DNA from: Dehalococcoidia bacterium
Lineage (GTDB): Bacteria > Chloroflexota > Dehalococcoidia > Lucifugimonadales > Lucifugimonadaceae
NCBI GenBank assembly: GCA_022824185.1
Contig: JAJEAU010000023.1
Span: forward strand, 16,761-80,760
Direction: 5' to 3'
DNA: 64,000 nt
Shown here piece by piece: positions 37,140 through 46,574 of this stretch. Both the position numbers and the translations under genes were made by a program. The notes below the pieces were generated by a model, which saw only the letters and a list, made by a program, of their open reading frames with translations, was not told the DNA's origin and ran no database searches. The stretch's first letter is position 1. Each line of letters starts with the position of its first letter.

Positions 37140-38120
37140 TTAAGCGTTCGCGCAAGCCGCCTCTAGTGCGAGGTCAAAATCAACAACCCAGGGACCGTTG
37201 GTGTCCATACTCACGGACGCCGCCATACCGTCGAGCAACTCGACCTCCCGCTCGCCATCCAAAGCTATCGTCCCCCGACGCGCCCGGATAGCCACGCTTT
37301 CTCCCGGCTCAATAACGCGCCAACTTTCGATCGGTACGTCTCTAACCATTCCGGGCGCTATCGGCGCAACCGACGACAACTTGCCGTCTGCGCCAGGTTC
37401 CGGAAACTCGATATGCAACCCCTTAGGGTCGTCGATAGCAATTAGGGCAAGTCTGGCACCGATAGAGGCGATGCCGATGCTAGATGCCTCGGCTCGCGTC
37501 AGAAACACCGAATCCAAGGTCGCAACATCCCAGAGGGCGCGCGCACCCACCATGGTCTGGCGTGAAACCGCAGCGTCGACTAAAGCGATATCGCGCAACT
37601 CCCCATTTACGTGGATGTTGATCTTCTTCGAGCGTCGGCAGACACTGTCACGCACATCGGCGCGGCTGGCAACCGTCGCGGCAGCGATCCCGGCCAGCGT
37701 ACCTTCGATCTCACGCGGGAAGACATTGTTGGTCCCAGTCGATATCGGGGCAATCGGGACATCACCGCACCCTTTCGCGACTAAGCGGTTTGTGCCGTCT
37801 CCTCCGAGCGTTACGATGCAGTCGGCACCAGCCTCATCCATCATCCGGGCGGCGATTGTCGAGTCCTGCTGGTGCCCGGTAGGCGTCTGCGAGATGAACT
37901 CCGACTGTAGCGAGGCTTCCGTGTCATTCATCGCCGCACGTGCCAAACCCGCCGTATCGGGCATCACAATGACCTTGGCTACGCCGTGAGATTGGAGACC
38001 GGCAAATACTCGGCGAAGAATGTTGGACTTTTCCTGGTTAGACACGACCCGGCCTTGAGCGACGAGTCGCCGGATGTCTTTTCCAGCCGCGGGGTTGGCG
38101 ATGATACCTACGGTAGACAT
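37140..38120 (-). CDS. ATP-NAD kinase-family protein (AcoX-like)
   Basis: VGIIANPAAGKD...IVTLGGDGTNR (GGDGT motif). Starts 4 nt after the stop of the upstream oxidase gene. Confidence 0.75.
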   Translation of the reverse strand: MSTVGIIANPAAGKDIRRLVAQGRVVSNQEKSNILRRVFAGLQSHGVAKVIVMPDTAGLARAAMNDTEASLQSEFISQTPTGHQQDSTIAARMMDEAGADCIVTLGGDGTNRLVAKGCGDVPIAPISTGTNNVFPREIEGTLAGIAAATVASRADVRDSVCRRSKKINIHVNGELRDIALVDAAVSRQTMVGARALWDVATLDSVFLTRAEASSIGIASIGARLALIAIDDPKGLHIEFPEPGADGKLSSVAPIAPGMVRDVPIESWRVIEPGESVAIRARRGTIALDGEREVELLDGMAASVSMDTNGPWVVDFDLALEAACANA

Positions 38121-38124
38121 GAGT

Positions 38125-41031
38125 TCAGGCCACCGCTTCGGCGAGGAGTTCGGCTAGGAAGTGAGCAGGACGGTCCAATTCGTCTTCGATCTGCTGCTTG
38201 CAGGAGACACCGGTAACGGCGACCTGCGTGCCGGGTACCGCTTTTCGGAGCGCAGGGAAGAGTCGGTCTTCACCGACTTGCCGAGATACGTCGTAGTGCT
38301 CTTTGGCGTACCCAAACGATCCAGCCATGCCGCAACAACCGGCGTCGATGAGTTCCGCTCTGTAGTTGGGTGGGAGATTCAAGGCGGATACGGCCTGCGA
38401 GGTTCCGATCAAAGCTCGCTCGTGGCAGTGGATATGAAGGAGAACATCGGCGTCGGCGTCAGTCCATTCGATCTGTTGGTGACCATCGCCCTGCGCTTCG
38501 ATCAGTATCTCCTCCAGCATCATAGATGCGTCTGCGACTGCTCTGGCCGCTGGGTCGGACCCGAGAAGGTCAGGATACTCATCCTTAAGCGTCAAGATGC
38601 AGCTACTCTCGCATCCGACAACCTTGGCGCCAGCCTCAACATGCGGCATCAGCGCGCCAACATTTTTCCTAGCGTTGGCCACTGCTTGGTCAAGGAAACC
38701 TGATGAAACCATCGGGCGTCCGCAACAGACTCGGTCCGCGAGCTTGACGCGGTAGCCCAATGCCTCGAGCAACTTGACTGCGGCCATCCCTGATTTGGGG
38801 TGGTTGAAGTTCATGAAAGTGTCGTGGAACAGGACGATGTCGCCCCGTGACCCTGTGGTGTCGGGTTGATGCCGGTTGAACCATTGCTCGAAGGTCAGGC
38901 TCACTATCTTAGGGAGGCGTCTGCGTCGGTCTATGCCGAGGACCTTCTCCGAGGCCCATCTGGCCGGAGCCGAGCGATTGACGATGTTGGCGATCGGTGC
39001 GAGCGGACCAGGAGCAAGGGAATTCAGGCGGTGAATATTAGCCGCTAACCGGGAGCGAAGTGGGATCGAGTGCGTTTGGTAATAGAGGTTGAGAAACTCG
39101 TACTTGATCTTGGCCATGTCGACGTTCGACGGACACTCGGATTTGCATGACTTGCATTCGAGACACAGGTCAAGAACCTCGAACATCCGCTCGGACCGGA
39201 TCTCGTCTAACGGCAACGCTCCAGATATTGCGCCTCTTAACGCGTTGGCACGACCTCGAGTCGAGTGCTCTTCCTCACGTGTCGCCATATAGGAGGGACA
39301 CATCGCACCGGCGTTGACTTTTCGGCACGCACCGACGCCGTTGCAACGTTCAACCGCTCCGGCGAAACCGCCATCCGCAGTCCAATCGAGTTTCGTCGGG
39401 ATCGGAGCAGTTGCGTATTCCGAACCGTAACGAAGGTTCTCGCGCATGTCGGGAGTGTCGAAAACCTTGCCCGGATTCATGATGCCGTTGGGATCAAATA
39501 GACCTTTAACCTCTCGGAAGTGATCGACAAGATCGGCCCCGAACATCTTCTCTGCCCATGCGCCTCGAACTATCCCATCGCCGTGTTCCCCGCTGAGCGA
39601 ACCACCAAACTCAAGGACGAGGTCGGATATCTCGTCAGCAATCTGGTACATCGTATCGATGCCCGCGTCCTTCTTGAGATTGACCAAAGGACGGATGTGA
39701 AGACACCCAACGCTGGCGTGACCATAATACCCGGCTTCGGTGCCGTGACGCCTCACGATTTCGTCGAACCGCTCAACGTACTCAGGCAACCGTTCGGGCG
39801 AGACGGCGGTGTCTTCGACAAACGGGAGCGGTTTGCTATCGCCCTCGACGTTCATCATCAAACCAAGCCCGGCTTCCCGCATCGCCCACACCTGGCGCTG
39901 TTGCGGGGGTTCGAGCAAGAGTGTGACGGCAAAGACGTTAGTCGTCCGCGAGATGACCTGCTCGAACGCGGACAGTTTTGACTGAACTTCGGCGGTAGTG
40001 TCGCCAGTCATCTCAACAACGAGAATGTCGGATGGTTCGCCCTGAAGGAAACCAATGTTGCGGGAGAAACCGAGCGATCGTGTGGCCTGGTTGATGATGA
40101 TCTCGCCGATGTGCTCAACGGCGCTGACTTCGTGCTCAAGCGTAGCAACCGTCGCTTCCATGGCGTCGCGTAGGGTGCTGAAGTGGAGAACCGCCAAACC
40201 CTTCGATTTGGGGATGTCCCAAAGTTTGAGGCGTGCATCGGTGACGGCGGCTAAAGTTCCTTCGGAACCGACCATGACCTGCGTGAGGTCGATAAGCGGA
40301 CTGCCGGTCTCTGGTGCATAGACGCGATCGATGTTGTAACCGCCGACGCGACGCAGAATCTTCGGGAAGCGCCTGTCGACTTCCGGAGCGGCACGGTCAG
40401 CAATCGAAGGAATGCCCCGGTAGATCTGACCTTCCAGGCTCGACAACCCCATCTTGCCCTCTAGCTGCGAGGTCGTCAGTGCTTCAAATCTGGCAGACGA
40501 CCCGTCGGAGAGAATGACCGACATCTGCTGCACCTGATCGACCGTCTTGCCGTAAATGATGGAGTGAGAGCCGCAGGAGTTGTTGCCCATCGCGCCGCCG
40601 ATGTTGGCGCGGGAGGATGTGCTGGGGTCAGGCGTGAAGTACTTTCCAGTATGGACCACTTGGCGGTTGAGATCGTCAATCGTGACTCCTGGCTGGGTGT
40701 GAACCCAACCCTCTTCGCGGTTGATCTCGAGAATGTCGTGCATGTATTTTGAGAAGTCAATGACGACACCTCGGTTGACGGTCTGCCCGGACAATCCGGT
40801 ACCGCCGCCTCGAGGTAACACGGAAACCCCAGCGTTGTTGCACGTCTCGATGATGGCGCTGACGTCGTCAGCGTCCCGAGGTAGGACAACCCCGAGTGGC
40901 GTCATCCTGTAAATGGAAGCATCTGTGGAGTAGAGCTGACGTGAATAGCGGTCGAATCTGACTTCGCCGGCAACCGCTCGTTCGAGTTCCTCAGCGAGTT
41001 GCGATCGCGTCGATCGGCTCGCGGTGGTCAC
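38125..41031 (-). CDS. Fused FAD-linked oxidase / 4Fe-4S / CCG-domain protein (YdiJ / GlcD-GlcF-fusion-like, D-2-hydroxyacid dehydrogenase type)
   Basis: PCMH-type FAD domain (VLPRGGGTGLSGQTV). Ferredoxin-type Cys cluster (CLECKSCKSECP). Two CCG-type Cys-rich domains (CCGRP, CCGMAGSFGY). The GTG start overlaps the TerC stop (GTGA). Confidence 0.85.
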   Translation of the reverse strand: MTTASRSTRSQLAEELERAVAGEVRFDRYSRQLYSTDASIYRMTPLGVVLPRDADDVSAIIETCNNAGVSVLPRGGGTGLSGQTVNRGVVIDFSKYMHDILEINREEGWVHTQPGVTIDDLNRQVVHTGKYFTPDPSTSSRANIGGAMGNNSCGSHSIIYGKTVDQVQQMSVILSDGSSARFEALTTSQLEGKMGLSSLEGQIYRGIPSIADRAAPEVDRRFPKILRRVGGYNIDRVYAPETGSPLIDLTQVMVGSEGTLAAVTDARLKLWDIPKSKGLAVLHFSTLRDAMEATVATLEHEVSAVEHIGEIIINQATRSLGFSRNIGFLQGEPSDILVVEMTGDTTAEVQSKLSAFEQVISRTTNVFAVTLLLEPPQQRQVWAMREAGLGLMMNVEGDSKPLPFVEDTAVSPERLPEYVERFDEIVRRHGTEAGYYGHASVGCLHIRPLVNLKKDAGIDTMYQIADEISDLVLEFGGSLSGEHGDGIVRGAWAEKMFGADLVDHFREVKGLFDPNGIMNPGKVFDTPDMRENLRYGSEYATAPIPTKLDWTADGGFAGAVERCNGVGACRKVNAGAMCPSYMATREEEHSTRGRANALRGAISGALPLDEIRSERMFEVLDLCLECKSCKSECPSNVDMAKIKYEFLNLYYQTHSIPLRSRLAANIHRLNSLAPGPLAPIANIVNRSAPARWASEKVLGIDRRRRLPKIVSLTFEQWFNRHQPDTTGSRGDIVLFHDTFMNFNHPKSGMAAVKLLEALGYRVKLADRVCCGRPMVSSGFLDQAVANARKNVGALMPHVEAGAKVVGCESSCILTLKDEYPDLLGSDPAARAVADASMMLEEILIEAQGDGHQQIEWTDADADVLLHIHCHERALIGTSQAVSALNLPPNYRAELIDAGCCGMAGSFGYAKEHYDVSRQVGEDRLFPALRKAVPGTQVAVTGVSCKQQIEDELDRPAHFLAELLAEAVA

Positions 41032-42041
41032 GCCGCGGCCTCATCATGAGAGTGGTGATCTTCCTCGGACTTAGGAAGAACCACGGATGCGATGACGCTG
41101 AGGATCAAGATCGCGATGACGATTGCGAGGGATCCTAGTGTGATGGTGATGGAGACGGAGTCTCCAGGCACGCCGAAGTCGTGGATGAAGTTATGGAACT
41201 GATCATGTACGGCAGTCTCAACGATGATCTTGACGCCGATGAACGCAAGGATCGCGGCCAAACCGTAAGACAGGAACCGGAAGAGATTGACAAGACCCTC
41301 TAGAAGGAAGAACAGTGGCCTCATTCCGAGAACTGCCATCGCGTTCGAAGACCAGATGATGAACTGATTCTTGGAGATGCCGACAACTGTCGGTATGGAG
41401 TCGATGGCGAAGACGACATCGGTGGATGCCAGGACTAGGACGACGAGTGCGAAGGGCGTCGCCATCTTGATGCCGTTTTTGACGGTGAAGAAGTTGTGGC
41501 CGTCGTACTCGTCAGATACCGGGTAAAACCGACGGAACGCTCTTGCCACGATGTTCTTTGAAGGGTCGACGTCTTCACCGTGAGAGGTGATGAGCTTGTA
41601 TGCGGTGTAGATGAGTACCGCCGCGAGCAGGTAAAGGACCGGTTCGAAAACAGCGATGATGCCGACTGCGAAGAAGATGAATACGGCGCGGGCGATGAGA
41701 GCTCCTACGATGCCGAATAGAAGGGCCCTGGATCGGAAGAGATCGGGTAGCGCGAAGTAGTTGAAGATTACGAGGAATACGAACAGGTTGTCAATGCTAA
41801 GCGCACGTTCCGCGACATAGGCCGTCGTGTACTCGATCCCGAGCTCGGTTCCTCCCGCAATGAAGACCCAAACGCCGACCGCTGCAGCTACGAGGGTCCA
41901 AAGAACCGTCAGGAGGCCCGCCTCCTTCATGCCGACGTGGTGATCCTTGCCGCTCAAGAGAAGGAGGTCGAGGAGCAGGAGTACGACCACCCCGACCGAG
42001 AATAAGGCCAAGATCGTGAAACTATCGAAATAGGATTCCAT
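41028..42041 (-). CDS. TerC-family integral membrane protein
   Basis: Multi-pass protein with TerC hallmarks (…AERALSIDNLFVFLVIF…, …DSIPTVVGIS…). Confidence 0.85.
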   Translation of the reverse strand: MESYFDSFTILALFSVGVVVLLLLDLLLLSGKDHHVGMKEAGLLTVLWTLVAAAVGVWVFIAGGTELGIEYTTAYVAERALSIDNLFVFLVIFNYFALPDLFRSRALLFGIVGALIARAVFIFFAVGIIAVFEPVLYLLAAVLIYTAYKLITSHGEDVDPSKNIVARAFRRFYPVSDEYDGHNFFTVKNGIKMATPFALVVLVLASTDVVFAIDSIPTVVGISKNQFIIWSSNAMAVLGMRPLFFLLEGLVNLFRFLSYGLAAILAFIGVKIIVETAVHDQFHNFIHDFGVPGDSVSITITLGSLAIVIAILILSVIASVVLPKSEEDHHSHDEAAA

Positions 42042-42143
42042 CGAGAGCTACCTTTGGCTCGAGGGCGGTGCGAGTGGCATCACTCGCGTTTCCAAGGAAT
42101 TGAGCAACAGGGTTCAGTCGGTCTGAATTGACGGTCGATGTGA

Positions 42144-42980
42144 TCAGAAGATGTTGTCGACCGTGAACTTCTGTTCTCCGGATGGCGCTTTAACGGTAAC
42201 TTGGTCACCAACCTTGCATCCGAGGATTACGTTGCCCAAGGGGGAAATGTCGGAGATCTTGTTCCGCAAGGGGTTGGCTTCGTTAGCGGCTACGATCTGG
42301 TAGTCGACGTTTCTGTCGGTCCTCGTGTTCTTGAGAGTCACCCACGAACCAATTTGGACTTCGTCGTTGCTGCGATCGGATTCTTCGATGATGGTTGCGA
42401 CTTTGAGAGTCGATTCAAGCCTGTTGATCTGCGCGATCACCATCCCCTGGTTCTCGCGAGCGGCTTCGAGCGGAGCATTTTCGCGAACGTCACCGCTGGC
42501 CGCCGCACGTTCGATCTCATCGGCGAGACGAACAGTCTCTTGCCTGAGAGATTCGAGCCGGTTGACCATTTCGTCGTAGCCTTGGCGCGTAATCTGCACC
42601 TCACCAGTACGACGGCGGACGGAAGCGCCTCGGCCGGCGTTTAGGGTAGGCTTGCGGACGCGCACGTGAGGAGCAAGGCTCACGTCGATGTAACCCTTCT
42701 TCTTGACGTAGTTCAAGAAGTCTTTCACGGCGGCGATGCGCTGCTTGTTCGCGTCGGATGCGCTCGCGCCGAAAGTCTCAGAGTAAGGGCTGACGTCGGA
42801 AGGCCGCAATGCTTCGAGAGTGTTGCTACCGCCGATCCATCGAGCGAATTTGGAGAGTTCGGGGTGGATGAGACGCTTGTTCTCATCCGGTATCGACATG
42901 ATGTACTCGGTAATTGCGTCTTGAACGGTCAGGCCGTTGGCGCCCGTGGATGCTGCGTGTTCGTCGGTCTGTGTTACCAA
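42144..42980 (-). CDS. GreA/GreB-family transcript-cleavage factor with a ~130-aa N-terminal extension
   Basis: The C-terminal 150 aa are canonical GreA: coiled coil ITRQGYDEMVNRLESL...GDVRENAPLEAARENQ, and globular domain VQIGSWVTL...YQIVAANEANPLRNKISDISPLGNVILGCKVGDQVTV. The N-terminal 130 aa are extra. Confidence 0.8.
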   Translation of the reverse strand: MVTQTDEHAASTGANGLTVQDAITEYIMSIPDENKRLIHPELSKFARWIGGSNTLEALRPSDVSPYSETFGASASDANKQRIAAVKDFLNYVKKKGYIDVSLAPHVRVRKPTLNAGRGASVRRRTGEVQITRQGYDEMVNRLESLRQETVRLADEIERAAASGDVRENAPLEAARENQGMVIAQINRLESTLKVATIIEESDRSNDEVQIGSWVTLKNTRTDRNVDYQIVAANEANPLRNKISDISPLGNVILGCKVGDQVTVKAPSGEQKFTVDNIF

Positions 42981-43238
42981 GGTGTCTACCTCTAAGGCGT
43001 CGGGGTGACGGGTTTACGAGAGATCGGCGTAGGGGAGAAGCGAATGCCGATTCGTTAGGTGACGCATTCTTTAAGTCTAAGAGAATCGAGGATTCAATGC
43101 AAAAACCGCAACTGCGATGGGGAAAAGCCAGATTGCCATACGCGCCGCCGCCATCAAACCGGGCCCATGCCACCATATTTCCGGCACTACGCGCCTTTCC
43201 ACACGAGAATTGGTCAAGGCTACGTGCGTAACGAGGAC

Positions 43239-44285
43239 CTAATCGGAACCCCAGTCCCAAAGTTGCTGGGCATAGGCGAAGGTCTGCGGTAACCCGCCGG
43301 AATGGATGAACACGATCGGAGTATCGGGATCGAGGTTCCCGGCACGGATTTCGCCGATCAGAGCGGACATCGACTTGCCGGTGTAGTTTGGGTCTAAGAG
43401 AATGCCCTCGGCTTTCGCCACCATGTGGATCGCCTCGAACACGCCGTCGTGAGGGACGCCGTAGTCGGAGCCTTGGTAGCCAGTGATGGTGTCAAGGTCA
43501 CTTGGTTCGAGTGCGGTGTCGAGACCCAAGAGTTCGGCGACGCGGGTCGAACGGTCGATGTAGATCGCTTCGTAGCTGTCGGGCTGGGTGTGGGAATACG
43601 CCGTTGCGGACGCAGACCAAGGTTTACCGGTATTCCGGGCGTAGAGACGAACACCCGCAATCGAACGACCGACGAGGCCCCAGAAGCGAAGCGGCGCGCC
43701 GCCGAGATCTGCATCCGAGGTCTGCGCGTCGAGTTCGATGCCGGTTTCCACGAAGCCGATCATCCCGGCGATATCGGAAAAGTCGTTGTCGGAGAGTACC
43801 GTCGCTTTGCGACCGTTACCGTTCTCCTCTTCGACAAGCTTTTCGGCAACCGATCGGGAGTATTCGCCCGGGACACGGTGTATCTCTGCTCCGGTGAGGT
43901 GACCAATCAGGAGGTTCCCGACGACAGGAGCGTCGAGCATGTCGACGGCGACCATATGGCATTTGAGGCCAGTCTTAGCGGAAGCGGCCGCGACAAAACG
44001 CGCCTGATTGGAGTGGTAGTGATTGATGTTGACGATGGTGTCGAATCCCCGTCCGATGAGATGAGCGAACAGAAACTCCATATGTCGGGCCTTGTTGCCC
44101 CCGAACGCGAAACCTGTGGCATCGTCTCGCTTGAAGAAGATACGAGGAACCGCGTCAATGTCTGCATCCATAGATTCCGCGATGGCAGCGCGCAGATTTG
44201 GGGTCTCCTCGAAAGGGGTGCAGAGACGCGCCAACTTGATACGTGGGAGTTCGGCGATGGAGTCGAGGATCTGTTGGTTTTTCAT
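43239..44285 (-). CDS. PLP-dependent ACC-deaminase / D-cysteine-desulfhydrase-family enzyme
   Basis: FFKRDDATGFAFGGNKARHMEF is the GGNKxR Lys motif of this fold-type II family. Confidence 0.75.
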   Translation of the reverse strand: MKNQQILDSIAELPRIKLARLCTPFEETPNLRAAIAESMDADIDAVPRIFFKRDDATGFAFGGNKARHMEFLFAHLIGRGFDTIVNINHYHSNQARFVAAASAKTGLKCHMVAVDMLDAPVVGNLLIGHLTGAEIHRVPGEYSRSVAEKLVEEENGNGRKATVLSDNDFSDIAGMIGFVETGIELDAQTSDADLGGAPLRFWGLVGRSIAGVRLYARNTGKPWSASATAYSHTQPDSYEAIYIDRSTRVAELLGLDTALEPSDLDTITGYQGSDYGVPHDGVFEAIHMVAKAEGILLDPNYTGKSMSALIGEIRAGNLDPDTPIVFIHSGGLPQTFAYAQQLWDWGSD

Positions 44286-44304
44286 GCTGGTACGTGCTTT
44301 GGTG

Positions 44305-45534
44305 TCAGAGGGAGTCGGGCAACCATCCTTGAGGTCTAGGTCCGTAGTCTATCGGCATCACTTGCCCGCCCCGGATACACGATACGGGTTCGAGGGCATA
44401 GGGCCCGTGATTGATGTTGTTGTCGCCGTCGATGAACTGGAACGCACCTTCGTGGACTCTCAGTAGTGTCAGGTCGGCATGCGTACCAGGAGCCATGCAT
44501 CCCAGCATCCGTTCAGGTTCCTCACCCAGAATTGCGGCGGGTTTGCGCGTCGACATGACAAGGGCTTCTTCGAGGGTGAAGCCTAGGGAGATTACTTTGC
44601 CAATGCAGTCGACCTGCGAGAATGATGTTCCTGCGTAACGGCTTTGAAGCGTTACGTCGGAACTGATGGTGTCGGGCTTCAAACCGCCGTCGAGCACACG
44701 CTTTGCGGCATCGAAAGAGAAGTTGCGGCCCCCAACACCGATGTCGAACTTGACGCCCCGATTTTGGGCGTCAATGGCTTCACGGAGCAACGCGCGGTCG
44801 TCGCCGACAAGACCGCCTCGCGCTCCCGTGAAAGAATGCGTTACGATGTCGTCCGGCTCCAGCAATTCGGCAAGGATTCTCGGTGCGATGTCGATGGCTT
44901 CATCGGATTGGCCAGTCGTGTCGCCCATATGAACCATCAATCTAACGCCAGCTTCGGAAGCGATCGATTTGGCTGCTCTGGGAAGATCGAAGCCTAATGC
45001 GCTGACTCCAGGCGAGACCATTCGCGCCTTGACGCCGACGATGACGTCTTTCCGAGACTGGATGGCTGCAACCGCGGCGTCATGTTCGATGTCGAGAGCG
45101 GAGGTGACCTCCGGAATTCGGTTGACCCCCATCGAACCGACATTGAGCAACGCGAGGATACGTGTCTTAGCGCTCGGAATCACATGGTTAACCAGGCTGC
45201 CTATGTTTGCGATACCGCAAGAGCCCGCGTCAACGACCGTTGTGACGCCAGAGTGCACGCCTGCGAGGTCGGCATCCTGCATCATGTCTTCAACGTATGG
45301 AGATGGCCGTCGGATACCACCTGCAACGTGAGTGTGGAGATCGATGATGCCGGGGGTGATTATCAGGCCGGTAGCGTCGATATGGCGGAGTGGAACATAG
45401 TTCGACGGAACGTCTTCGATGGCGACGATGGTGTCGCCTTTGATTGCGACGCTACCCGGATAGATTTCGGCGGTGTCAGTGTTTAAGAGATTGCCGCCGG
45501 ATATGAGGAGATCGCACTGGATGGATTCAGGCAT
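44305..45534 (-). CDS. Metal-dependent amidohydrolase/deacetylase-family protein (dihydroorotase-like)
   Basis: N-terminal beta-sandwich plus ITPGIIDLHTHV (HxH metal motif). Later MVHMGD and other amidohydrolase signatures. Confidence 0.75.
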   Translation of the reverse strand: MPESIQCDLLISGGNLLNTDTAEIYPGSVAIKGDTIVAIEDVPSNYVPLRHIDATGLIITPGIIDLHTHVAGGIRRPSPYVEDMMQDADLAGVHSGVTTVVDAGSCGIANIGSLVNHVIPSAKTRILALLNVGSMGVNRIPEVTSALDIEHDAAVAAIQSRKDVIVGVKARMVSPGVSALGFDLPRAAKSIASEAGVRLMVHMGDTTGQSDEAIDIAPRILAELLEPDDIVTHSFTGARGGLVGDDRALLREAIDAQNRGVKFDIGVGGRNFSFDAAKRVLDGGLKPDTISSDVTLQSRYAGTSFSQVDCIGKVISLGFTLEEALVMSTRKPAAILGEEPERMLGCMAPGTHADLTLLRVHEGAFQFIDGDNNINHGPYALEPVSCIRGGQVMPIDYGPRPQGWLPDSL

Positions 45535-45585
45535 GGGTTTCCTCGCAAAGAAGCAAACTTGCGAGAAAGTGTACCAGCGAAGATC

Positions 45586-46131
45586 CTAGTTCGGATTCGG
45601 ATGGTTATGAGCGGCGAAGTAGACGCCTTCTAGAGTTGTCGGCGGGCCTTCGGGGTCGTCGGCCTGCCCAAACGCCAAGTAGTGGGGCGGATCGCCGTCG
45701 ATGATTACGTACGCGCTGCGCGTCGATGAGAGCGGGTTGTGTCCGCCAAACCACTCGACTAACGGGCCATCGACGAGTTGGACGGGACCGTGCCTCATGG
45801 GGCGTCGGACATTTTCCATGCTGATTTCGGAACCGTCCATCGATGCGTCAGATGGGCCCATACCCCATCTGACGACGCCTTCATAATCGGCAGGGACTAC
45901 GAATCGCCAGCGAGGAAGCAGTCCAGACCAAGGACCCACCTCAATGGCGGCGCGCCCGGGGATATCTTCGAAGGGGTGATGGACTTGCCAGCGGAAACGT
46001 GAACCGGGATCTTCAGAGGAAGGTGTCCCGTGCGTGTGGAGATGCTCAGTTTGGGGATGGCCACCCAGGTGATCTTCGTGGGGATGGCCGTGATGGTGAT
46101 CGTGATGATCTGGCGGATCGTCGCGGAGCAT
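45586..46131 (-). CDS. Hypothetical protein with His-rich N-terminus
   Basis: MLRDDPPDHHDHHHGHPHEDHLGGHPQTEHLHTHG..., followed by a ~140-aa domain I do not recognise. The ATG shares one nt with the rpsT stop (TGATG). Confidence 0.55.
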   Translation of the reverse strand: MLRDDPPDHHDHHHGHPHEDHLGGHPQTEHLHTHGTPSSEDPGSRFRWQVHHPFEDIPGRAAIEVGPWSGLLPRWRFVVPADYEGVVRWGMGPSDASMDGSEISMENVRRPMRHGPVQLVDGPLVEWFGGHNPLSSTRSAYVIIDGDPPHYLAFGQADDPEGPPTTLEGVYFAAHNHPNPN

Positions 46132-46391
46132 CAGCTCGCTAGAGCTTTGTTAAGGCGCTTTGCCAAACGGCTCTTTTTGCGTGAGGACTGGTTTCGGTGA
46201 ATGACACCCTTGCGCGTTGCGACGTCAAGGGCGCTGATCGCGGCTCGCAGCTGCTGGACGGTCGCGTCTTCGGTGGGCGAAGTGTCGATGGCTTGGCGAG
46301 CGTCGGTGACGCGCGTGCGGACCAACGACCGCACGGTTCGGTTGCGGGCGGCTCGGCGCCGCTGGACGCGCTGTGACTTGGCTGCAGGCAT
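46131..46391 (-). CDS. rpsT: 30S ribosomal protein S20
   Basis: MPAAKSQRVQRRRAARNRTVRSLVRTRV...GVIHRNQSSRKKSRLAKRL is typical basic S20. Confidence 0.9.
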   Translation of the reverse strand: MPAAKSQRVQRRRAARNRTVRSLVRTRVTDARQAIDTSPTEDATVQQLRAAISALDVATRKGVIHRNQSSRKKSRLAKRLNKALAS

Positions 46392-46574
46392 GTGTTTTCG
46401 GTTGCCTTTCGATTGGCGGAGTTGCGTTCAGGTCCTCGGAAGGATCAGACTCCTTCGATTCTATTAAAAATCGGTTTTGCTGATTGAACCGCCATTGGCG
46501 GCTACGCACCACCGGAGTTGCCCCAACTTTTGACGTAAGAGAACCTGTCTCGATTCTTACGGGACGTGCCTCTA

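Noticed and set aside
42042-42143. Possible yybP-ykoY (Mn2+) riboswitch upstream of the TerC-family gene
   Set aside because: The 100-nt gap contains a 7-bp hairpin (GCGAGTG-ATGC-CACTCGC) but none of the conserved yybP-ykoY blocks I can recall. The gap is also short for that element.
43425-44339. 304-aa plus-strand ORF (also 43502-43897)
   Set aside because: Antisense to the PLP enzyme gene with the GGNKxR motif. The composition (Arg/Gly/Val-rich) and the lack of any family signature indicate a shadow ORF.
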